From: Sedimentisphaerales bacterium
Lineage (GTDB): Bacteria; Planctomycetota; Phycisphaerae; Sedimentisphaerales; SM23-30
Assembly: GCA_963666285.1 (NCBI GenBank)
Contig: OY762711.1
Length of the DNA: 64,000 nucleotides
Reading direction: 5' to 3' (one strand)
In this document: positions 51,436 to 59,300 of the stretch, one piece after another
How positions within the stretch are numbered: the stretch's first letter is position 1
How the letters are laid out: each line of letters begins with the position of its first letter
The notes under the pieces: generated by a model
Database searches by the model: none
What the model was told of the DNA's origin: nothing
The model's input: the letters and a program-made list of their open reading frames with translations, nothing else
Position numbers and translations under genes: made by a program

Positions 51436-52330
51436 GCGGATAATCGAGGTTTCTCAGGCGAAGACATATTTATCGGTTAAAAATAGCCAATTGTTAATAC
51501 GCCGAGATGATGAGCAGATAGGTCAGATACCATGCGAAGATATAGGTATGCTGATAGTAGATCATCCTGGTGTGATATATACACACTGCGTGTTTACTGA
51601 ACTGGTTAAAGCAGGTGCTGCGGTTGTGCTGTGCGGAGCAGACCATCATCCGGCGGGAGTGTTTATGCCGGTAGAGTCTAACAGCGTGCAGACCGAGCGT
51701 ATGCGTGGGCAGCTGCTGGCGAAAGAGCCTATAAAGAAGCAGATGTGGAAGCAACTGGTGCAGTCAAAGATCCGGCATCAGGCAGAAGTGCTGGGTAAAG
51801 ATTGTCGTGCGTATGAGGGATTGCAGGAGATGGCAAATGCGGTGAAGAGCGGTGACCCGGAGAATAAGGAAGCGCAGGCGAGTAAACTGTACTGGAAATA
51901 TTTTGGTGATGAAATGGAGTTCAAAAGGCATCGGTACGGTAAGAGTCCTAACAATATGCTGAATTATGGATATGCAATTGTTCGTGCGGCTGTTGCCAGG
52001 GCAATCGTAGCGGCTGGTTTGAACCCATCAATTGGTGTGCATCACTGCAACAAGTATAATGCATTTTGCCTGGCGGATGATTTGCTGGAGGCCTTCAGGG
52101 GATTTGTGGATAGAAGGGTTCTTGAAATATGGTCGGAATTGTCTGGGGGTGAAGGCGAAGTTGAATTGGATCAGGAGATAAAGGCAAAGCTGCTTGAAAT
52201 ATTATATGATGAAGTAGAGCTGGGGCAGTATTCCGGACCGATGATGGTTGGTATGCACAGAATGGCGGCATCAGTAGTGAAGTGTTTTGCCGGGGAAAGT
52301 AAAAATCTGGATTTGCCGAAAATCTGTTAA
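51428..52330 (+). CDS. cas1: CRISPR integrase Cas1 (type II)
   Basis: IPCEDIG, EAQASKLYW, NNMLNYGYAIVR, GVHH, NAFCLADDLLEAFR; ATG overlaps the cas9 end. Confidence 0.96.
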   Translation: MIKRIIEVSQAKTYLSVKNSQLLIRRDDEQIGQIPCEDIGMLIVDHPGVIYTHCVFTELVKAGAAVVLCGADHHPAGVFMPVESNSVQTERMRGQLLAKEPIKKQMWKQLVQSKIRHQAEVLGKDCRAYEGLQEMANAVKSGDPENKEAQASKLYWKYFGDEMEFKRHRYGKSPNNMLNYGYAIVRAAVARAIVAAGLNPSIGVHHCNKYNAFCLADDLLEAFRGFVDRRVLEIWSELSGGEGEVELDQEIKAKLLEILYDEVELGQYSGPMMVGMHRMAASVVKCFAGESKNLDLPKIC

Positions 52331-52398
52331 AGGCAGGTTTGTTAAAAGACGAAAAATAAGAAGATGAGTGAAATTTTTATTTTTTCTGAGTGACAATA

Positions 52399-52728
52399 AT
52401 GGATATCAGCGGGTATAGAGTAGTGTGGATACTGGCAATGTTTGACCTGCCGACCGATACGAAGCAGGCAATAAAAGATTATACGCAATTTCGTAAAAGT
52501 CTTTTAAAAGACGGGTTTTCTATGATACAATATTCTGTATATATCAGACATTGTGCCAGTGAGGAAAACGCAGATGTTCATTTTGAACGAGTTAAAAAAT
52601 TTTTGCCTCCGGATGGCGAAGTGCGGCTGCTTTGTATTACCGATAAGCAGTATGGTCGCATGGAAACCTATTGGGGGCGGCGTAGAAAACCGACGCCTCC
52701 GGCACCAAAACAGCTCGAACTTTTCTGA
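52399..52728 (+). CDS. cas2: Cas2
   Basis: WILAMFDLPT, FRKSLLKDGFSMIQYSVY, ITDKQY, QLELF. Confidence 0.96.
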   Translation: MDISGYRVVWILAMFDLPTDTKQAIKDYTQFRKSLLKDGFSMIQYSVYIRHCASEENADVHFERVKKFLPPDGEVRLLCITDKQYGRMETYWGRRRKPTPPAPKQLELF

Positions 52729-52784
52729 TTTTTTTGCCGAATCTTTTTGTAAGTCTGTGTTTGACAGTAGGTTGGAAAATATGT

Positions 52785-54205
52785 AGTGTAATCAATCCTA
52801 GCCTGTTGTCAATCCACAACTTGACAGATCTTTGCTGCTGGTGATGGGGTAGTGTAATCAATCCTAGCCTGTTGTCAATCCACAACAGGTGTCTGCGTTT
52901 AGCTGGTCGATCTTGTAGTGTAATCAATCCTAGCCTGTTGTCAATCCACAACAGCTCAAGCCTTGTAAGTTTGCTAGTTCTTAGTGTAATCAATCCTAGC
53001 CTGTTGTCAATCCACAACTAATATGAGTGCTTATGCAATTCTGTCAAAGTGTAATCAATCCTAGCCTGTTGTCAATCCACAACAATTTATTTTCACTCCA
53101 CTTATCGTCCCAGAGTGTAATCAATCCTAGCCTGTTGTCAATCCACAACATAAGCAGATAATGGATGAGCGTTGGGAGTAGTGTAATCAATCCTAGCCTG
53201 TTGTCAATCCACAACATCTTATTGTTTCTCCTGGTCCGGCTTTTCAGTGTAATCAATCCTAGCCTGTTGTCAATCCACAACACAACTTTATAATTGTTGT
53301 AAGTGCAGCCCAGTGTAATCAATCCTAGCCTGTTGTCAATCCACAACCTCTTGTCTGAACTATCTCATCAATGGAAAAGTGTAATCAATCCTAGCCTGTT
53401 GTCAATCCACAACACATTCCTTCAGGGGAAGCGATTCAAATAAAGTGTAATCAATCCTAGCCTGTTGTCAATCCACAACCCCGCCCTGGTTAATGTATTT
53501 GCTCGGGCAAGTGTAATCAATCCTAGCCTGTTGTCAATCCACAACCATTTCCCTTATCTACTAAAACAGTACTGAAGTGTAATCAATCCTAGCCTGTTGT
53601 CAATCCACAACTGGATGTCTTCAACTCATGTCGGATTCTGGAGTGTAATCAATCCTAGCCTGTTGTCAATCCACAACGGTGTTTCAGAGTTCTTTAATCG
53701 TTAATCGAGTGTAATCAATCCTAGCCTGTTGTCAATCCACAACTTTATCATGGCAGTATGTTCGTTTTGATTAAGTGTAATCAATCCTAGCCTGTTGTCA
53801 ATCCACAACAAGTTTCGGGTCGGAGTTATTCACTCTTTTAGTGTAATCAATCCTAGCCTGTTGTCAATCCACAACCAAGGGCAAAGTAAGATGTGGCGAG
53901 CGTTCAGTGTAATCAATCCTAGCCTGTTGTCAATCCACAACGTCGGTGTCGGTAAAACTTATGCCCGTTGTAGTGTAATCAATCCTAGCCTGTTGTCAAT
54001 CCACAACATCGCCTTGCCGGGTTATGTCTACCTATCAAGTGTAATCAATCCTAGCCTGTTGTCAATCCACAACCACGCTCACTGCCGCGAACAGCTGTTT
54101 GGAGTGTAATCAATCCTAGCCTGTTGTCAATCCACAACTATCCTTGACTTGAACGGTAATACAGTTGGAGTGTAATCAATCCTAGCCTGTTGTCAATCCA
54201 CTGAC
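52785..54205 (-). CRISPR. CRISPR array: 22 repeats of 36 bp (last one degenerate), 21 spacers of 29-30 bp
   Basis: Repeat GTTGTGGATTGACAACAGGCTAGGATTGATTACACT on the minus strand; orientation set by tracrRNA complementarity; no csn2 or cas4, so type II-C. Confidence 0.98.
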
Positions 54206-54286
54206 TGCAGCGATTGGTTTCGAGTATAGAGCGGCCAGCAATAAGCAGAGAGCTGGAGTAAAATCAGTTTGTGTTTGTAATGAAAA

Positions 54287-54755
54287 ATAATAATACGCCT
54301 GCGATAGTTTTTGGCCTCCGCCTCGGCCATGAATAAATTCGCTCAATCCTGCATTAAAACATATTTTGGACGAGTTCAAATAACTTACATCAGTCCCAAT
54401 CGGGCAGCCTCAATTATTAACCCTTCCTGAAACTCCTATATGCCGGATCTCCTTACCCGGTGACAATTAATACCCAGATTCCGAATTTGTAAAAAGCTCA
54501 AACTGACTCGTGGCCAGTTGAAAGTTATTTTTAAGTATTTGGTATCGGGCAAGGATAGCCGCAAAGCGGCAGGCCTGTTTAATATAAAAGATTGTCTTAA
54601 AATATATTACAACAATATAAAGAGACTAATCAATCATACTAAATTAAGCAAATACCTTTCAAGCTGTGAAACTCAAGTTGCCTTAAACATCCACAAATTA
54701 TCGTATCCGGTCGGGATGTTATTATCAAGTAAAAATTGAAATTAGTTGGCAGGTA
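54287..54755. repeat. ~470-bp direct repeat, copy 2 (right of array)
   Basis: Near-identical to 47362-47831. Confidence 0.95.
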
Positions 54756-54803
54756 GAAAATGGTTCTCCAGAAGACTCTAAAAAGAGGTGAAGGAGAACC
54801 AAA

Positions 54804-55177
54804 ATGAAAGACAGGCAAACCCAAAACCATGTTAAATGGGAATGAAAGTATCATGTGTTAATAGTACCAAAATATCGTAAGAAGATAGGCGAGATAATTC
54901 GAGAATTATGTCGCCAAAAGGATATCGAATTATTAGAAGGCAATGCAGGTGTGGATCATATTCATATGTTGCATAGTATTCCACCTGGGTACAGTATTGC
55001 CATGACAATGGGATCTTTGAAGGGCAAAAGTGCTATTCGCATAAACAGGAAGCTTGTCTGTTTGGTAGAAGCTTTTGATCCCTAGGATATTGTGTAAGAA
55101 CGGTTGGTCTTGATGAGGATATAATACGAAAATATATCCAGGATCAGGAACAGCAAGAACGTGATGAAGATAAATAG
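54804..55177 (+). pseudogene. tnpA: IS200/IS605-family TnpA (Y1 transposase) pseudogene
   Basis: HVKWE*KYHVLIVPKYRKK, DHIHML (HUH motif), KGKSAI, then a frameshifted GYCVRTVGLDEDIIRKYIQDQE. Confidence 0.88.
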
Positions 55178-55190
55178 AGGTATCCAAATT

Positions 55191-55868
55191 CTAGGGTTCT
55201 TCCTCGGACCTCCTGCTATGCAGAAGGCGTGGTTGATTTGTCTTTGAAATAGGCTCTATTATCTCATCAGGAAATTCATGAATCGCTTTATTAAGCAGAT
55301 TATCTAATTTTTCTTCAAGGGCTCTTGGAAGTAAAAAAAATGTTTCACGTTTTTGCTCAAACGTAACAAAAGAGTACCTGTTAAGATATTTATCCATATT
55401 ATCGTTATGTTTGTATTCAACAAATAGCAAAACATTGGTATTTGTTGAATAAATATACACATCTTCAACTACGGGTTTTATGATGATTATTCCCATTTTG
55501 GAATCATATTCTCCATGTATAGTCCGTGCAAGTACTGGAATATTAGGATCGAATTCCTCATCCTTATTTTTATCGAATTCAATTATTTCATTTCCCATAA
55601 AAATGGTACTGCCTTTAGGTGGACAAATATGTTCGAAGTTACTTAAATTAGTATTGTTAGTAGATGTATAAAATACATCCACTATACCTTCATGAAAAAG
55701 TTTCCCTTCAAAACCAAATTGATTTAAGATACTGTCAACTTCTTCTTTGGGTAATCCATTTTTCAGCAGCAAATTATTATCATAAAATAAATGAGATTCA
55801 GTAGTATTTTCAGAAATACAACCTGAAAAGAAAATTAGAAACAATAAATATATTATCAAATTCTTCAT
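55191..55868 (-). CDS. Hypothetical lipoprotein
   Basis: MKNLIIYLLFLIFFSGC lipobox; AT-rich. Confidence 0.8.
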   Translation of the reverse strand: MKNLIIYLLFLIFFSGCISENTTESHLFYDNNLLLKNGLPKEEVDSILNQFGFEGKLFHEGIVDVFYTSTNNTNLSNFEHICPPKGSTIFMGNEIIEFDKNKDEEFDPNIPVLARTIHGEYDSKMGIIIIKPVVEDVYIYSTNTNVLLFVEYKHNDNMDKYLNRYSFVTFEQKRETFFLLPRALEEKLDNLLNKAIHEFPDEIIEPISKTNQPRLLHSRRSEEEP

Positions 55869-55879
55869 AAGTATATATA

Positions 55880-55916
55880 AGTGTAATCAATCCCAGCCTG
55901 TTGTCAATCCACGAAC
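55880..55916 (-). CRISPR. Orphan degenerate CRISPR repeat
   Basis: AGTGTAATCAATCCCAGCCTGTTGTCAATCCACGAAC: one substitution and one insertion versus the consensus; flank resembles the array flank at 54205-54250. Confidence 0.92.
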
Positions 55917-56332
55917 AGCAGTGATCGGCTTTGAGTATTGAGATGCCAGGAATAAATAAGCAAGGAGCAGTGGTGAAATCATATTATAACTATCACAGGG
56001 GTAAATGAGGCATAATTATATAGATTGTGATTAGCTATCGGACCATTATGGTATGAAGTTTATTGCCAGAAAGCATATATAATTGATAATAGCATATAAA
56101 ATATTGATCGTGTGAAATGGAAATATGGATTGTGGAAAAATATTTTTTTGTAAGTTGTTGTTAGTAATAGTCTTACTGGCAAGTTGTGTTGTTTGTCGTA
56201 ATGTTGATGATAAATCGCAAATCTGGCAAAAAAATGAGATTATTAATGAAAAAGTGTATATGTTTTTGGTACGATAATAGTACTTGAATCAAAGCAGTCA
56301 TGAATATACAAAGTAAAGGTGTGAAACTAGAG

Positions 56333-59300
56333 ATGAGTAAAATAGTTGTAAGTATCTTTTTTTTATTAATGTTATGTCAGATATCTCTCTATGGCGGCAT
56401 AATTGTATCAGAGACAGATTCCGGCACGCAGATCCAGGAATATGGTTTATCAGATTCGATTGTAATAACAATTGACAATGCTCCTACAGCGACAGTCTGG
56501 GTTCAGATATCAGCCAATACTGCTGATATAGAGATAGACGGCGGTTTTGGCGGTGATGATGCTTATATATCCTTTACAACAAGTGACTGGTCAGTGCCAA
56601 GGGAAGTTGTGCTGGTGGCAGCTGATGACGGAATCCAGGAGCCGCAGGAGCAGGTGACATTGTCATTTAGTGTTACCAGTGGTGATACTTCGTATAATGG
56701 TGTTGCGCTTGCAGATATAATTGTTACAGTTTTGGATAGAGAAGTTGATATCTGCCCGGAAGGAGATATCGACGGCGATTGTGCCGTGTCAATAGCTGAC
56801 CTCGAATTGCTGGCAGGACAATGGCTTGGTTCGCCAGATTGCAGTGGAGCAGGATGTCCTGACCTGGTTGACTTTGGTGTAGTAGATCTTCTGGATTTTG
56901 AGCTTTTGTCAGCGAAATGGAAAAAGTCAGTTGGTCCGGTGGTTATCAATGAATTTATGGCGGATAATAACAGCGATAACCCGGACATCTCTCCGGAAGC
57001 GTGGGAGGTTTTTGATGAGACCGGTGACCCGGTTGACTGGATCGAGCTGTGGAATATTACATCTGAGCCGGTTAATCTAACCGGTTGGCATCTGACTGAT
57101 GATAAAGACGAGCTTTCGAAATGGGCATTTCCTGATGACACTATAATCTTGGCCGGAGATTACCTGCTGGTGTATGCATCTGGAAATGAACATGTAACCG
57201 GCAGTTATATTCATACAAACTTCAGTCTGGCAGGTGGAGGTGAATACCTGGGCCTGGTAAACAGTGAAGGGATAGTCACCAGTGAATATATAGATTATGA
57301 GTATGATTCAGATAAGTACGGTTATCCACCGCAGGAAAGTAATGTGTCATATGGTTATACAGACTATCTGCAGAGTCATCGCTACTTTTACCCGGCTACT
57401 CCGGGCGAAGAGAATAATAACAGCTCGCTGGGAACATCACCGGACACAAAATTTACTGTGGATCGAGGATTCTATGATACACCATTTGATCTGAATATAT
57501 ATACTGAGAATCCGGAAGCGATAGTAAGGTATACCCTGGACGGTTCGACACCGGATTGGGATAATGGCGAGATATTTGAGCCGGGCAGTACGATAACAAT
57601 AGATAAGACAACGGTGTTAAGAGCAAGATCTTTCCTGGCGGGTTATCTGCCGAGTAATGTCGATACCCAGACATATATTTTTGCCGCGGATGTAGTAACT
57701 CAACAGTCGGACGGCAGCAGCCCGGGATCAGGGTGGCCGGCACCAGGTTATTCTGTGAACGACCAAAGAATGGTTTATGGAATGGATCCTGATATCGTTA
57801 ATAGCTCGGAATATTCTGATTTAATGGATAATGCACTACATGCGGTGTCGACATTGTCGATGGTGATAGATTCTGAATATTTATTTGACGCATCATCCGG
57901 AATATATGTAAATGCGGCAGCCGCCCGCAGTGATAATGATTTCTGGACAGTTGAAAAGGAAAAAGCATGTTCGCTGGAATTAATTAACCCGGATGGAACG
58001 AAGGGCTTTAATATCAATTGCGGAGTACGAATCCGAGGTGGAGCCAGTCGGACAGGTGGAAACCCTAAACATGCGTTCAGGTTTTTCTTCAGGGATAAGT
58101 ATGGTAAGGGTAAGCTGGAATATCCGCTGTTCGGCGATGAGGGAGTGGATGAATACGACAAGGTTGATCTGCGAACAAGCCAGAATTTTTCGTGGTCGTT
58201 CAAGGGCAGTTATGAAAATCAACATAATACGTTTGTGCGTGAGGTGTTTTCCCGAGATATGCAGGGCCGCCTGGGTCATCCTTATACCAAGAGCAGGTAT
58301 TATCATTTGTATATTAATGGTGTATACTGGGGATTGTATCAGACGCAGGAAAGAGCGGAGTCCCGTTTTGCAGCATCGTACATGGGCGGCAAAAAGACTG
58401 ATTATGATGTTGTAAAAGCAGACAGTAACTACGGGCGGGAGATGACAGCGATCGAAGGTAATCGGGACGCATTTGAAAGATTATGGGCGGCAATAGCAGA
58501 TGGAGTGTACACGACGGAAGAATATTATCGTTTGCAGGGTATGAACCCGGATGGTACAATTAACCCAGCCTACGAGCGGCTGCTGGATGTGGAAAACCTG
58601 ATAGACTATCAGCTAATAAATTATTATACTTCTGATACTGATGGTGCAGCGTCCAGGTTTGGAAATTTACCGAATAATATATTCTGTTTGTACAACCGCA
58701 GCAACCCGGACGGCTGGAAGTGGATGGAGCATGATTCGGAACATTCGATGGGTGTATCAGAGCTAGGCTGGCCGAACTATGAAAATCTGGTGACGCCATA
58801 TACGACAGCCGGTGCGCAAATGCGATATTTTAACCCGCACTGGATGCACGAGCAGCTGATCCAGCAAAGTACAGAATATCGTATGGCATTTGCAGACAGG
58901 GTACAGGAATTGTTTTATAATGATGGTTTGTTTATGCCGGACAATGTCTGGGATATTTTAGTGGCGCGTGCGTTGCAGATTAATAATGCCATTATTGCCG
59001 AGTCAGCACGCTGGGGTGATACGAATACAAATCCACCGCGAACGAAAGAGACATGGCAAGAAGCGATCGATTATGTTCAGGATTTTATTTATGGAGCAAG
59101 CGGACATCCATGGGAGGCCAAACCACGTCAGCAGCGTGTCGTAGAGCAGTTTATGGGTGAGAACTGGCTGCCGATACTATCGGCTCCTGAATTTAATCAG
59201 TATGGCGGTTATGTGCCGGATGGGTTTAGCCTTGAGATTAGTAATCCTAACAGTACCGGTGAGATATATTATACCACGGACGGATCAGATCCAAGGATGC

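Noticed and set aside
52821..54168. Self-targeting spacers within the window
   Set aside because: None noticed by eye; not exhaustive and needs an alignment search
52637..54379. Repetitive ORFs (LWIDNRLGLITL and SVINPSLLSIHN)
   Set aside because: Translations of the 66-bp CRISPR repeat-spacer period
54804..55190. Active IS605 element with TnpB or IscB, or a CRISPR-associated transposon
   Set aside because: tnpA has a stop codon, a deletion and a frameshift; no tnpB, iscB or tns genes are present
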